Shown in pieces: positions 25,054-38,671 of a stretch of 45,426 nt of DNA. A model generated the notes under the pieces. That model was not told the origin of the DNA. It did no database searches and saw only the letters and a list, made by a program, of their open reading frames with translations. Positions within the stretch are counted from its first letter, which is position 1. Each line of letters begins with the position of its first letter. The DNA is taken from NCBI GenBank assembly GCA_010909165.1, contig VJWM01000350.1, positions 1 to 45,426 on the forward strand, given 5' to 3'. The stretch comes from Anthoceros angustus. Taxonomy: Eukaryota; Plantae; Anthocerotophyta. Both the position numbers and the translations under genes were made by a program.

Positions 25054-26539
25054 ACGCTCCTTCTCCTGTTGCACATGCCATATACCTCACACATTGCTTC
25101 CACCCTCCACCGCGCGCGGCCCTCGCACGTCACGGTGCCCCTCTTTTCTCGCGCGGGCGGTCGCAGGATGGTGGCCCTTTTCATGCACGACAATTACTTC
25201 CAAGTATGATTTTGTTCAACTGGAATATTAGGTTTTTGGTTTTGGAGATCAGCGGTGCCCCTCGTGGCATGCCTCTTGATTTACCTTGTAATATGGGAGT
25301 CCGCCATGCTGCTTTTGACTGCACTACCTCATGGCATGCCTCTTGGATTTACCTAGCAATATGGTAGTCGCCATGGGAATCCATCTTCTCCAAACTTGTT
25401 TGGCCTATATATTGATGAGGTGGAATGAAGTTGGATTGCGGTGTGCGGATCGTGGCGGATGTATCATGGCACTTGGCGAGGCCGTAGAGTGCCAAAAAGG
25501 GGTTTAGTTTAGTTTAGTTTGGTTTGGTTTGGTTTATTTGGTTTGGTTTGGTTTGGTTTGGTTTGGTTTATTTGGTTTGGTTGGTTTGGTTTGGTTTGGT
25601 TTGGTTTGGTTTGGTTTGGTTTGGTTTGGTTGGTTTGGTTTGGTTTGGTTTGGTTTGGTTTGGTTTGGTTTGGTTTGGTTTGGTTTGGTTTGGTTTGGTT
25701 TGGTGAGCTATGCCTACCTATTTGACTACCTATTTGCCTACCTTTTTGTTGTTGACTACCTATTTGTCCTATACGGTCTCCTCTCTCCTTACCCACTAAG
25801 TCAAGACCTACAAGCAGTTTTTCGCATCGTTTCCAAGTCCGGGAAACTGTGCTTCCTCTATCTTAGCACCCATGTGTCTTTCAAGCCTAATGAGGATGAT
25901 TACGGGTCATCTTAGTGTTGGGTCTCACCGTCTCGGGATTGAGGCGATAGATGGCTACATCCAAAGCCGACAAAAGGAGTCAATTTGCAGTTATGCAACA
26001 AGGGTGTTGAGGCAAGAACACTTTGTGTTCCTCTGTCCCATTCATGATGTTTATCAATCTATTTACGACTTGGTCTTCACTTTGGGGTGGGTTTTCTCTT
26101 TTCGACCCTATTATTGCGGAGGTTGCTTGAAACAAATGTGGAAATAAGAGCAACATATTCAACTTTTCAACTGCGGATATTTGATTGTGCTTCACACTAG
26201 TTTCAAGCGAGACTCGAATAGCGGTTAATTGTCATAATGCCCTTAGTGTAACTCTATCAAATGAGTGCCATGGCAAATCCGTCCTTAGTGGACTTAAATA
26301 AAGTAAATTGTCGTTGTTCTGCATTGTTAGCATGCATAAAATTGGAGACCGAAAAGGGGAAAGAAGAGTTTGCAAAGAACTCTCTAGAAGAAGAAGAAGA
26401 AGAAGAAGAATTTTATTTAAGTCCACTAAGGACGGATTTTGTCATGGCACCGATCCGACACATATAGAGAGACTAGAATGAAATTTAACTGCTATTATGA
26501 GGCTGGCGTAGCTTAAATAAAAGGAATTTTTATAGAAAA

Positions 26540-26650
26540 GGGTGCAGCAGGACTTCCGGAGGTCACCCATCCCGATCTTGATCCGGCCCAAGGCGCTTAA
26601 CTGCGGAGTTCTGATGGGATCCGGTGTCGTTGCCCTGGTATGACCGCACC
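26540..26650 (-). rRNA. 5S rRNA gene (loop E variant)
   Basis: Repeat copy. Confidence 0.9.
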
Positions 26651-28053
26651 ACGCTCCTTCTCCTGTTGCACATGCCATATACCTCACATTGCTTCCACCT
26701 CCACACCGCGCGCGGCCCTCGCACGTCACGGTGCCCCTCTTTTCTCGCAGGCGGTCGCAGGGATGGTGGCCCTTTTCATGCACGACAATTACTTCCAAGT
26801 ATGATTTTGTTCACGGAATATTAGGTTTTCGTTTGGAGATCGGTGCCCCTCGTGGCATGCCTCTTGATTACCTTGTAATATGGGAGTCCGCCATGCTGCT
26901 TTTGACTGCACTACCTCATGGCATGCCTCTTGGATTTACCTAGCAATATGGTAGTGCCATGGAATCCATCTTCTCAAACTTGTTTGGCCTATATATTGAT
27001 GAGGTGGAATGAAGTTGGATTGGAGTGTGCGATCGTGGCGGATGTATCATGGCACTTGGGCGAGGCCGTGAGTGCCAAAAAAGGGGTTTAGTTTGGTTTG
27101 GTTTGGTTTGGTTTGGTTTGGTTTGGTTTGGTTTAGTTTGGTTTGGTTTGGTTTTGGTTTGGTTTGGTTTGGTTTAGTTTGGTTTGGTTTGGTTTGGTGA
27201 GCTATGCCTACCTATTTGACTACCTATTTGCCTACCTTTTTGTTGTTGACTACCTATTTGTCCTATACGGTCTCCTCTCTCTCCCTTACCCACTAAGTGA
27301 AGACCTACAAGCAGTTTTTCGCATCGTTTCCAAGTCCGGGAAACTGCTTCCTCTATCTTAGCACCCATGTGTCTTTCAAGCCTAATGAGGATGATTACGG
27401 GTCATCTTCGTGTTGGGTCTCACCGTCTCGGGATTGAGGCGATAGATGGCTACATCCAAAGCCGAAAAGGAGTCAATTTGCAGTTATGCAACAAGGGTGT
27501 TGAGACTGAAGAACACTTTGTGTTCCTCTGTCCCATTCATGATGTTTATCAATCTATTTACGACAGCTTGGTCTTCACTTTGGGGTGGGTTTTTTCTCTT
27601 TTCCTGACCCTATTGTTGCGGGAGGTTGCTTGAAACAAATGTGGGAAATAAGAACGCAACATATTCAACTTTTCAACCTGCCAGATATTTGATTGTGCTT
27701 CACAGCACTAGTTTCAAGGCGAGACTCAGAATAGCGGTTAATTGTCATAATGCCCTTAGTGTAACTCTATCAAATGAGTGCCATGGCGAAATCCGTCCTT
27801 AGTGGACTTAAATAAAGTAAATTGTCGTTGTTCTATGCGTTGTTAGCATGCATAAAAATTGGAGACCGAAAAGGGGAAAGAAGAGTTTGCAAAGAACTCT
27901 CTAGAAGAAGAAGAAGAAGAAGAAGAATTTTATTTAAGTCCACTAAGGACGGATTTTGTCATGGCACCGATCCGACACATATAGAGACTAGAATGAAATT
28001 TAACTGCTATTATGAGGCTGGCGTAGCTTAAATAAAAGGAATTTTATAGAAAA

Positions 28054-28166
28054 GGGTGCAGACCGGACTTCCGGAGGTCACCCATCCCAGTACTGATCCG
28101 GCCCAAGGGCGCTTAACTGCGGAGTTCTGATGGGATCCGGTGTCGTTGCCCTGGTATGACCGCACC
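28054..28166 (-). rRNA. 5S rRNA gene
   Basis: Repeat copy. Confidence 0.93.
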
Positions 28167-29604
28167 ACGCTCCTTCTCCTGTTGCACATGCCATACCTCA
28201 CACATTGCTTCCACCCTCCACACCGCGCGGCCCTCGCACGTCACGGTGCCCCTCTTTTCTCGCGCGGGCGGTCGCAGGATGGTGGCCCTTTTCATGCACG
28301 ACAATTACTTCCAAGTATGATTTTGTTCACGGAATATTAGGTTTTCGTTTGGAGATCATGGCATGCCTCTTGATTACCTTGTAATATGGGAGTCCGCCAT
28401 GCTGCTTTTGACTGCACTACCTCATGGCATGCCTCTTGGATTTACCTAGCAATATGGTAGTCCGCCATGGAATCCATCTTCCAAACTTGTTTGGCCTATA
28501 TATTGATGAGGTGGAATGAAGTTGGATTGCGGTGTGCGGATCGTGGCGGATGTATCATGGCACTTGGGCGAGGCCGTAGAGTGCCAAAAAGGGGTTTGGT
28601 TTGGTTTGGTTTAGTTTGGTTTGGTTTGGTTTGGTTTGGTTTGGTTTGGTTTGGTTTGGTTTGGTTTATTTGGTTTGGTTTGGTTTGGTTTGGTTTGGTT
28701 TGGTTTGGTTTGGTTTGGTTTGGTTTGGTTTGGTTTGGTTTGGTTTTGGTTTGGTTTGGTTTGGTTTGGTGAGCTATGCCTACCTATTTGACTACCTATT
28801 TGCCTACCTTTTTGTTGTTGACTACCTATTTGTCCTATACGGTCTCCTCTCTCTCCCTTACCCACTGTCAAGACCTACAAGCAGTTTTTCGCATCGTTTC
28901 CAAGTCCGGGAAACTGTGCTTCCTCTATCTTCGCACCCATGTGTCTTTCAAGCCTAATGAGGATGATTACGGGTCATCTTCGTGTTGGGTCTCACCGTCT
29001 CGGGATTGAGGCGATAGATGGCTACATCCAAAGCCGACAAAGGAGTCCAATTTGCAGTTATGCAACAAGGGTGTTGAGGCAAGAACACTTTGTGTTCCTG
29101 TCCCATTCATGATGTTTATCAATCTATTTACGACTTGGTCTTCACTTTGGGGTGGGTTTTCTCTTTTCGACCCTATTATTGCGGAGGTTGCTTGAAACAA
29201 ATGTGGAAATAAGAGCAACATATTCAACTTTTCAACTGCGGATATTTGATTGTGCTTCACAAAGACTAGTTTCAAGCGAGACTCGAATAGCGGTTAATTG
29301 TCATAATGCCCTTAGTGTAACTCTATCAAATGAGTGCCATGGCGAAATCCGTCCTTAGTGGACTTAAATAAAGTAAATTGTCGTTGTTCTATGCGTTGTT
29401 AGCATGCATAAAATTGGAGACCGAAAAGGGGAAAGAAGAGTTTGCAAAGAACTCTCTAGAAGAAGAAGAAGAAGAATTTTATTTAAGTCCACTAAGGACG
29501 GATTTTTGTCATGGCACTGATCCGACACATATAGAGACTAGAATGAAATTTAACTGCTATTATGAGGCTGGCGTAGCTTAAATAAAAGGAATTTTTATAG
29601 AAAA

Positions 29605-29719
29605 GGGTGCAGCACCAGGACTTCCGGAGGTCACCCATCCCAGTACTGATCCGGCCCAAGGGCGCTTAACTGCGGAGTTCTGATGGGATCCGGTGTCGTT
29701 GCCCTGGTATGACCGCACC
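29605..29719 (-). rRNA. 5S rRNA gene
   Basis: Repeat copy. Confidence 0.95.
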
Positions 29720-31132
29720 ACGCTCCTTCTCCTGTTGCACATGCCATACCTCACACATTGCTTCCACCTCCACACCGCGCGCGGCCCTCGCACGTCACGG
29801 TGCCCCTCTTTTCTCGCGGGCGGTCGCAGGATGGTGGCCCTTTTCATGCGACAATTACTTCCAAGTATGATTTTGTTCACGGAATATTAGGTTTTCGTTT
29901 GGAGATCAGCGGTGCCCCTCGTGGCATGCCTCTTGATTACCTTGTAATATGGGAGTCCGCCATGCTGCTTTTGACTGCACTACCTCATGGCATGCCTCTT
30001 GGATTTACCTAGCAATATGGTAGTCCGCCATGGAATCCATCTTCTCCAAACTTGTTTGGCCTATATATTGATGAGGTGGAATGAAGTTGGATTGCGGTGT
30101 GCGGATCGTGGCGGATGTATCATGGCACTTAGGCGAGGCCGTAGAGTGCCAAAAAGGGGTTTGGTTTTGGTTTGGTTTAGTTTGGTTTGGTTTGGTTTAG
30201 TTTGGTTTGGTTTGGTTTGGTTTGGTTTGGTTTGGTTTGGTTTGGTTTGGTTTAGTTTGGTTTGGTTTGGTTTGGTTTGGTTTGGTTTGGTGAGCTATGC
30301 CTACCTATTTGACTACCTATTTGCCTACCTTTTTGTTGTTGACTACCTATTTGTCCTATACAGTCTCCTCTCTCTCCCTTACCCACTAAGTCAAGACCTA
30401 CAAGCAGTTTTTCGCATCGTTTCCAAGTCCGGGAAACTGTGCTTCCTCTCTATCTTCGCACCCATGTGTCTTTCAAGCCTAATGAGGATGATTACGGTCA
30501 TCTTCGTGTTGGGTCTCACCGTCTCGGGATTGAGGCGATAGATGGCTACATCCAAAGCCGCAAAGGAGTCAATTTGCAGTTATGCAACAAGGGTGTTGAG
30601 GCGAAGAACACTTTGTGTTCCTCATCCCATTCATGATGTTTATCAATCTATTTACGACTTGGTCTTCACTTTGGGGTGGGTTTTCTCTTTTCGACCCTAT
30701 TATTGCGGAGGTTGCTTGAAACAAATGTGGAAATAAGAGCAACATATTCAACTTTTCAACTGCGGATATTTGATTGTGCTTCACACTAGTTTCAAGCGAG
30801 ACTCGAATAGCGGTTAATTGTCATAATGCCCTTAGTGTAACTCTATCAAATGAGTGCCATGGAAATCCGTCCTTAGTGGACTTAAATAAAGTAAATTGTC
30901 GTTGTTCTATGCGTTGTTAGCATGCATAAAATTGGAGACCGAAAAGGGGAAAGAAGAGTTTGCAAAGAACTCTCTCTAGAAGAAGAAGAAGAAGAAGAAG
31001 AATTTTATTTAAGTCCACTAAGGACGGATTTTTGTCATGGCACCGATCCGACACATATATAGAGACTAGAATGAAATTTAACTGCTATTATGAGGCTGGC
31101 GTAGCTTAAATAAAAGGAATTTTTATAGAAAA

Positions 31133-31244
31133 GGGTGCAGCAGGACTTCCGGAGGTCACCCATCCCAGTACTGATCCGGCCCAAGGGCGCTTAACTGCGG
31201 AGTTCTGATGGGATCCGGTGTCGTTGCCCTGGTATGACCGCACC
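31133..31244 (-). rRNA. 5S rRNA gene
   Basis: Repeat copy. Confidence 0.93.
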
Positions 31245-32703
31245 ACGCTCCTTCTCCTGTTGCACATGCCATATACCTCACATTGCTTCCACCCTCCACC
31301 GCGCGCGGCCCTCGCACGTCACGGTGCCCCTCTTTTCTCGCGCGGGCGGTCGCAGGGATGGTGGCCCTTTTCATGCGACAATTACTTCCAAGTATGATTT
31401 TGTTCCGGAATATTAGGTTTTCGTTTGGAGATCAGCGGTGCCCCTCGTGGCATGCCTCTTGATTACCTTGTAATATGGGAGTCCGCCATGCTGCTTTTGA
31501 CTGCACTACCTCATGGCATGCCTCTTGGATTTACCTAGCAATATGGTAGTGCCATGGAATCCATCTTCTCCAAACTTGTTTGGCCTATATATTGATGAGG
31601 TGGAATGAAGTTGGATTGCGGTGTGCGGATCGTGGCGGATGTATCATGGCACTTAGGCGAGGCCGTAGAGTGCCAAAAAGGGTTTAGTTTGGTTTGGTTT
31701 GGTTTGGTTTGGTTTGGTTTGGTTTGGTTTGGTTTGGTTTGTTTGGTTTTTGGTTTGGTTTGGTTGGTTTGGTTTGGTTTAGTTTGGTTTGGTTTGGTTT
31801 GGTTTGGTTTGGTTTGGTTTGGTTTGGTTTGGTTTGGTTTAGTTTGGTTTGGTTTGGTTTGGTGAGCTATGCCTACCTATTTGACTACCTATTTGCCTAC
31901 CTTTTTTGTTGTTGACTACCTATTTGTCCTATACAGTCTCCTCTCTCCCTTACCCACTAAGTGAAGACCTACAAGCAGTTTTCGCATCGTTTCCAAGTCG
32001 GGAAACTGTGCTTCCTCTCTATCTTAGCACCCATGTGTCTTTCAAGCCTAATGAGGATGATTACGGGTCATCTTCGTGTTGGGTCTCACCGTCTCGGGAT
32101 TGAGGCGATAGATGGCTACATCCAAAGCCGCAAAGGAGTCAATTTGCAGTTATGCAACAAGGGTGTTGAGGCGAAGAACACTTTGTGTTCCTCATCCCAT
32201 TCATGATGTTTATCAATCTATTTACGACTTGGTCTTCACTTTGGGGTGGGTTTTCTCTTTTCGACCCTATTATTGCGGAGGTTGCTTGAAACAAATGTGG
32301 GAAATAAGAGCATAACATATTCAACTTTTCAACTGCGGATATTTGATTGTGCTTCACACTAGTTTCAAGGCGAGACTCGAATAGCGGTTAATTGTCATAA
32401 TGCCCTTAGTGTAACTCTATCAAATGAGTGCCATGGCGGAAATCCGTCCTTAGTGGACTTAAATAAAGTAAATTGTCGTTGTTCTATGCATTGTTAGCAT
32501 GCATAAAATTGGAGACCGAAAAGGGGAAAGAAGAGTTTGCAAAGAACTCTCTCTAGAAGAAGAAGAAGAAGAAGAATTTTATTTAAGTCCACTAAGGACG
32601 GATTTTTGTCATGGCGATCCGACACATATATAGAGACTAGAATGAAATTTAACTGCTATTATGAGGCTGGCGTAGCTTAAATAAAAGGAATTTTTATAGA
32701 AAA

Positions 32704-32817
32704 GGGTGCAGCACCGGACTTCCGGGAGGTCACCCATCCCGATCTTGATCCGGCCCAAGGCGCTTAACTGCGGAGTTCTGATGGGATCCGGTGTCGTTGC
32801 CCTGGTATGACCGCACC
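32704..32817 (-). rRNA. 5S rRNA gene (loop E variant)
   Basis: Repeat copy. Confidence 0.9.
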
Positions 32818-34306
32818 ACGCTCCTTCTCCTGTTGCACATGCCATATACCTCACATTGCTTCCACCCTCCACACGCGCGGCCTCGCACGTCACGGTGCCC
32901 CTCTTTTCTCGCGCGGGCGGTCGCGGGGATGGTGGCCCTTTTCATGCACGACAATTACTTCCAAGTATGATTTTGTTCATGGAATATTAGGTTTTCGTTT
33001 GGAGATCAGCGGTGCCCCTCGTGGCATGCCTCTTGATTACCTTGTAATATGGGAGTCCGCCATGCTGCTTTTGACTGCACTACCTCATGGCATGCCTCTT
33101 GGATTTACCTAGCAATATGGTAGTCCGCCATGGAATCCATCTTCTCAAACTTGTTTGGCCTATATATTGATGAGGTGGAATGAAGTTGGATTGCGGAGTG
33201 TGCGGATCGTGGCGGATGTATCATGGCACTTAGGCGAGGCCGTGAGTGCCAAAAAAGGGGTTTAGTTTGGTTTGGTTTGGTTTGGTTTGGTTTGGTTTGG
33301 TTTATTTGGTTTGGTTTGGTTTGGTTTGGTTTGGTTTGGTTTGGTTTGGTTTGGTTTGGTTTGGTTTGGTTTTGGGTTTGGTTTGGTTTGGTTTGGTTTT
33401 GGAGTTTGGTTTGGTTTGGTTTGGTTTGGTTTGGTGAGCTATGCCTACCTATTTGACTACCTATTTGCCTACCTTTTTGTTGTTGACTACCTATTTGTCC
33501 TATACGGTCTCCTCTCTCTCCCTTACCCACTAAGTGAAGACCTACAAGCAGTTTTTCGCATCGTTTCCAAGTCCGGGAAACTGTGCTTCCTCTATCTTAG
33601 CACCCATGTGTCTTTCAAGCCTAATGAGGATGATTACGGTCATCTTCGTGTTGGGTCTCACCGTCTCGGGATTGAGGCGATAGATGGCTACATCCAAAGC
33701 CGCAAAGGAGTCAATTTGCAGTTATGCAACAAGGGTGTTGAGGCGAAGAACACTTTGTGTTCCTCTGTCCCATTCATGATGTTTATCAATCTATTTACGA
33801 CTTGGTCTTCACTTTGGGGTGGGTTTTCTCTTTTCGACCCTATTATTGCGGAGGTTGCTTGAAACAAATGTGGAAATAAGAACGCAACATATTCAACTTT
33901 TCAACTGCGGATATTTGATTGTGCTTCACAAGACTAGTTTCAAGCGAGACTCGAATAGCGGTTAATTGTCATAATGCCCTTAGTGTAACTCTATCAAATG
34001 AGTGCCATGGCGGAAATCCGTCCTTAGTGGACTTAAATAAAGTAAATTGTCGTTGTTCTATGCTTGTTAGCATGCATAAAATTGGAGACGAAAAGGGGAA
34101 AGAAGAGTTTGCAAAGAACTCTCTAGAAGAAGAAGAAGAAGAAGAATTTTATTTAAGTCCACTAAGGACGGATTTTTGTCATGGCATGCCTCTTGATTTA
34201 CCTAGCAATATGGTAGTCCGCCATGGAATCCATCTTCCAAACTTGTTTGGTTTGGTGAGCTATTATGAGGCTGGCGTAGCTTAAATAAAAGGAATTTTAT
34301 AGAAAA

Positions 34307-34417
34307 GGGTGCAGACCGGACTTCGGAGGTCACCCATCCCAGTACTGATCCGCCCAAGGGCGCTTAACTGCGGAGTTCTGATGGGATCCGGTGTCGTTGC
34401 CCTGGTATGACCGCACC
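34307..34417 (-). rRNA. 5S rRNA gene
   Basis: Repeat copy. Confidence 0.92.
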
Positions 34418-35857
34418 ACGCTCCTTCTCTGTTGCACATGCCATATACCTCACATTGCTTCCACCTCCACACGGTGCCCCTCGCACGTCACGGTGCCCCT
34501 CTTTTCTCGCGCGGGCGGTCGCAGGATGGTGGCCCTTTTCATGCACGACAATTACTTCCAAGTATGATTTTGTTCACGGAATATTAGGTTTTCGTTTGGA
34601 GATCAGCGGTGCCCCTCGTGGCATGCCTCTTGATTACCTTGTAATATGGGAGTCCGCCATGCTGCTTTTGACTGCACTACCTCATGGCATGCCTCTTGGA
34701 TTTACCTAGCAATATGGTAGTCCGCCATGGAATCCATCTTCTCAAACTTGTTTGGCCTATATATTGATGAGGTGGAATGAAGTTGGATTGCGGTGTGCGG
34801 ATCGTGGCGGATGTATCATGGCACTTAGGCGAGGCCGTAGAGTGCCAAAAAAAGGGGTTTAGTTTGGTTTGGTTTGGTTTGGTTTGGTTTGGTTTGGTTT
34901 GGTTTGGTTTGGTTTGGTTTAGTTTGGTTGGTTTGGTTTGGTTTGGTTTGGTTTGGTTTGGTTTGGTTTGGTTTGGTTTGGTTTGGTTTGGTTTGGTTTG
35001 GTTTGGTTTGGTTTGGTGAGCTATGCCTACCTATTTGACTACCTATTTGCCTACCTTTTTTTGTTGTTGACTACCTATTTGTCCTATACCTGGTCTCCTC
35101 TCTCTCCCTTACCCACTAAGCTGAAGACCTACAAACAGTTTTTTCGCATCGTTTCCAAGTCTGGGAAACCTGTGCTTCCTCTCTATCTTCGCACCCATGT
35201 GTCTTTCAAGCCTAATGAGGATGATTACGGGTCATCTTCGTGTTGGGTCTCACCGTCGGGATTGAGGCGATAGATGGCTACATCCAAAGCCGAAAAGGAG
35301 TCCGAATTTGCAGTTATGCAACAAGGGTGTTGAGGCGAAGAACACTTTGTGTTCCTCATCCCATTCATGATGTTTATCAATCTATTTACGACGGTCTTCA
35401 CTTTGGGGTGGGTTTTTCTTTTCCGACCCTATTATTGGAGGTTGCTTGAAACAAATGTGGGAAATAAGAACGCAACATATTCAACTTTTCAACTGCCGGA
35501 TATTTGATTGTGCTTCACACTAGTTTCAAGCGAGACTCGAATAGCGGTTAATTGTCATAATGCCCTTAGTGTAACTCTATCAAATGAGTGCCATGGCGAA
35601 ATCCGTCCTTAGTGGACTTAAATAAAGTAAATTGTCGTTGTTCTATGGGTTGTTAGCATGCATAAAAATTGGAGACGAAAGGGGAAAGAAGAGTTTGCAA
35701 AGAACTCTCTCTAGAAGAAGAAGAAGAAGAAGAATTTTATTTAAGTCCACTAAGGACGGATTTTTGTCATAGGATCCACATATATAGAGACTAGAATGAA
35801 ATTTAACTGCTATTATGAGGCTGGCGTAGCTTAAATAAAAGGAATTTTTATAGAAAA

Positions 35858-35969
35858 GGGTGCAGACCGGACTTCCGGAGGTCACCCATCCCAAGATCGA
35901 TCCGCCCAAGGGCGCTTAACTGCGGAGTTCTGATGGGATCCGGTGTCGTTGCCCTGGTATGACCGCACC
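35858..35969 (-). rRNA. 5S rRNA gene (loop E variant)
   Basis: Repeat copy. Confidence 0.9.
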
Positions 35970-37407
35970 ACGCTCCTTCTCTGTTGCACATGCCATATAC
36001 CTCACATTGCTTCCACCTCCACACCGCGCGCGGCCCTCGCACGTCACGGTGCCCCTCTTTTCTCGCGCGGGCGGTCGCAGGATGGTGGCCTTTTCATGCA
36101 CGACAATTACTTCCAAGTATGATTTTGTTCACGGAATATTAGGTTTTCGTTTGAGATCAGCGGTGCCTCGTGGCATGCCTCTTGATTACCTTGTAATATG
36201 GGAGTCCATGCTGCTTTTGACTGCACTACCTCATGGCATGCCTCTTGGATTTACCTAGCAATATGGTAGTCGCCATGGAATCCATCTTCTCCAAACTTGT
36301 TTGGCCTATATATTGATGAGGTGGAATGAAGTTGGATTGCGGAGTGTGCGGATCGTGGCGGATGTATCATGGCACTTGGCGAGGCCGTAGAGTGCCAAAA
36401 AAGGTTTATTTGGTTTGGTTTGGTTTGGTTTGGTTTGGTTTGGTTTGGTTTGGTTTGGTTTGGTTTAGTTTGGTTGGTTTGGTTTGGTTTGGTTTGGTTT
36501 GGTTGGTTTATTTGGTTTGTTTGGTTTGGTTTGGTTTGGTTTGGTTTGGTTTGGTTTGGTTTGGTGAGCTATGCCTACCTATTTGACTACCCATTTGCCT
36601 ACCTTTTTGTTGTTGACTACCTATTTGTCCTATACGGTCTCCTCTCTCTCCCTTACCCACTAAGTCAAGACCTACAAGCAGTTTTCGCATCGTTTCCAAG
36701 TCCGGGAAACCCGTGCTTCCTCTCTATCTTCGCACCCATGTGTCTTTCAAGCCTAATGAGGATGATTACGGTCATCTTCGTGTTGGGTCTCACCGTCTCG
36801 GGATTGAGGCGATAGATGGCTACATCCAAAGCCGAAAAAGGAGTCCGAATTTGCAGTTATGCAACAAGGGTGTTGAGGCGAAGAACACTTTGTGTTCCTC
36901 ATCCCATTCATGATGTTTATCAATCTATTTACGACTTGGTCTTCACTTTGGGGTGGGTTTTTCTTTTCCGACCCTATTATTGGAGGTTGCTTGAAACAAA
37001 TGTGGGAAATAAGAACGCAACATATTCAACTTTTCAACTGCCGGATATTTGATTGTGCTTCACACTAGTTTCAAGCGAGACTCGAATAGCGGTTAATTGT
37101 CATAATGCCCTTAGTGTAACTCTATCAAATGAGTGCCATGGCGAAATCCGTCCTTAGTGGACTTAAATAAAGTAAATTGTCGTTGTTCTATGCTTGTTAG
37201 CATGCATAAAAATTGGAGACCGAAAGGGGAAAGAAGAGTTTGCAAAGAACTCTCTCTAGAAGAAGAAGAAGAAGAATTTTATTTAAGTCCACTAAGGACG
37301 GATTTTGTCATGGCACTGATCCGACACATATATAGAGAGACTAGAATGAAATTTAACTGCTATTATGAGGCTGGCGTAGCTTAAATAAAAGGAATTTTTA
37401 TAGAAAA

Positions 37408-37487
37408 GGGTGCAGCACCAGGACTTCCGGAGGTCACCCATCCCGATCTTGATCCGGCCCAAGGGCGCTTAACTGCGGAGTTCATGG
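37408..37487 (-). pseudogene. 3' part of a 5S gene (nt ~34-117) directly after the LINE (TTC)n tail
   Basis: Minus strand: ...AAATAAAATTCTTCTTCTTCTT|CCAT--GAACTCCGCAGTTAAG... Confidence 0.88.
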
Positions 37488-37749
37488 AAGAAGAAGAAGA
37501 ATTTTATTTAAGTCCACTAAGGACGGATTTTGTCATGGCACCGATCCGAGATAAACAAAAGACTATAATGAAATTTAACGCTATTCACGCAGAGAATAGT
37601 CTTGTGAGGCATAATCAAATATCCGCAAGTTGAGAAGTTCAAGTTGGTTGGTCCTCATTTCATTTGTTTCAAGCAAACTCCGCAATAATAGGGTCGAAAA
37701 TTGAAAAAACCCCGAGTGAAGATCGTTGTAAATAGATTGATAAATGTAT

Positions 37750-37900
37750 GATATCTTCATATATGGGACAGGAAAACAAAGTGTTCCTCATTCTCAACAT
37801 CCTGTTGCATAACTGCATATTCGGGTCTCCTTAGGTGGCTTTGGACGAGCCATCTATCTCAACCACGAGATGGTGGGACCCACCAAGATGACCCATAATC
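37750..37900 (-). pseudogene. LINE ORF2 C-terminal CCHC zinc knuckle
   Basis: Manual translation allowing single-base indels: RWL.PKPPKETRIC.LCNR.VENEEHFVF.CPIYEDI. Confidence 0.8.
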
Positions 37901-38671
37901 ATCCTAAGCTTGAAGGACACATGGGTGCGGAGATAGAGAGGAAGCATTGGTTTCCCAGTTGGAGAGGATACGAAAAGTTGTTTGTAAGTTTCTAGCTTAG
38001 TAGGTAAGGGAGAGATAGGAGACCATCAAATAGGTAGTCAAATCAAGGCGGATGGACTTATTCGGAGGAGGGCGGAAGAGGGGTGGTGGAAGACTCTCCC
38101 ATCAAACTTCTCGGCCCAAGTAGTGAGAATTTCCAAGCATGCGCTAAAGATCTTGGCCTTCACCTTTTCATAGAGAACCATGGCATGCCTCTTGGATTTA
38201 CCTAGCAATATATACCAAGGAGGTATGAGGGAGTGGAGGTGGGGTGATTAGAATGGGCTTCTTCTAAAGAGTAAAGGCGGTATAGGAAGTTGGTTAGGCG
38301 AAATAGACCCTCAAGTTCAAGCGGGAAAGTGGCAAACTCTGCAAGAAAGATGGCAAGGGGGACAGACTTCTTACATGCAATGTGGGGCCGAAGAAAGGAC
38401 GTTTGAATCTCCTCCACCTTGCGCCAGTCATCGAGGGAGAGATAGGGTCCCCAAAACTCGGCTGCATACATAGCCAAGGAACAACAACTGTTGAAGAGCC
38501 ATTCTTGAGTGGGGATGTCCTTGATGTGCATCCTAGAGCACATCTCCGAACCCCTGGCGGATGCCACACCCTTGACAATGCGGAGAGCTTCCATCGAGTG
38601 TTGGGCCATAGAGTGCCTCAAGGTAGACATAAGATCGAACAACCTCCACAGTTCACCATTATAGAAGAACT

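Larger units (their letters stand above)
1914..37487 (-). repeat. 5S rDNA tandem array, ~22 units, period ~1510-1640 bp (two ~2080 bp)
   Basis: The 5S gene recurs at 3402, 5475, 7011, 8651 ... 35858, 37408 with a near-identical spacer. Confidence 0.98.

Noticed and set aside
3427-37384. Recurrent short ORFs over 5S and spacer (MSLPWYDRTT..., MTAPRSF..., LEEEEEEFY...)
   Set aside because: They overlap the 5S gene or the (GAA)n tail, and frames differ between copies.
1914-37487. CRISPR array or Cassandra TRIM tandem array
   Set aside because: No unique spacers or cas genes. The 5S genes are full length with TATA-like box and terminator, and I found no LTR, PBS or PPT structure.
37488-37585. 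Initially read as stitched spacer sequence
   Set aside because: It is collinear with the rest of the LINE 3' region and has its own variants, so it is better explained as the true LINE terminus.
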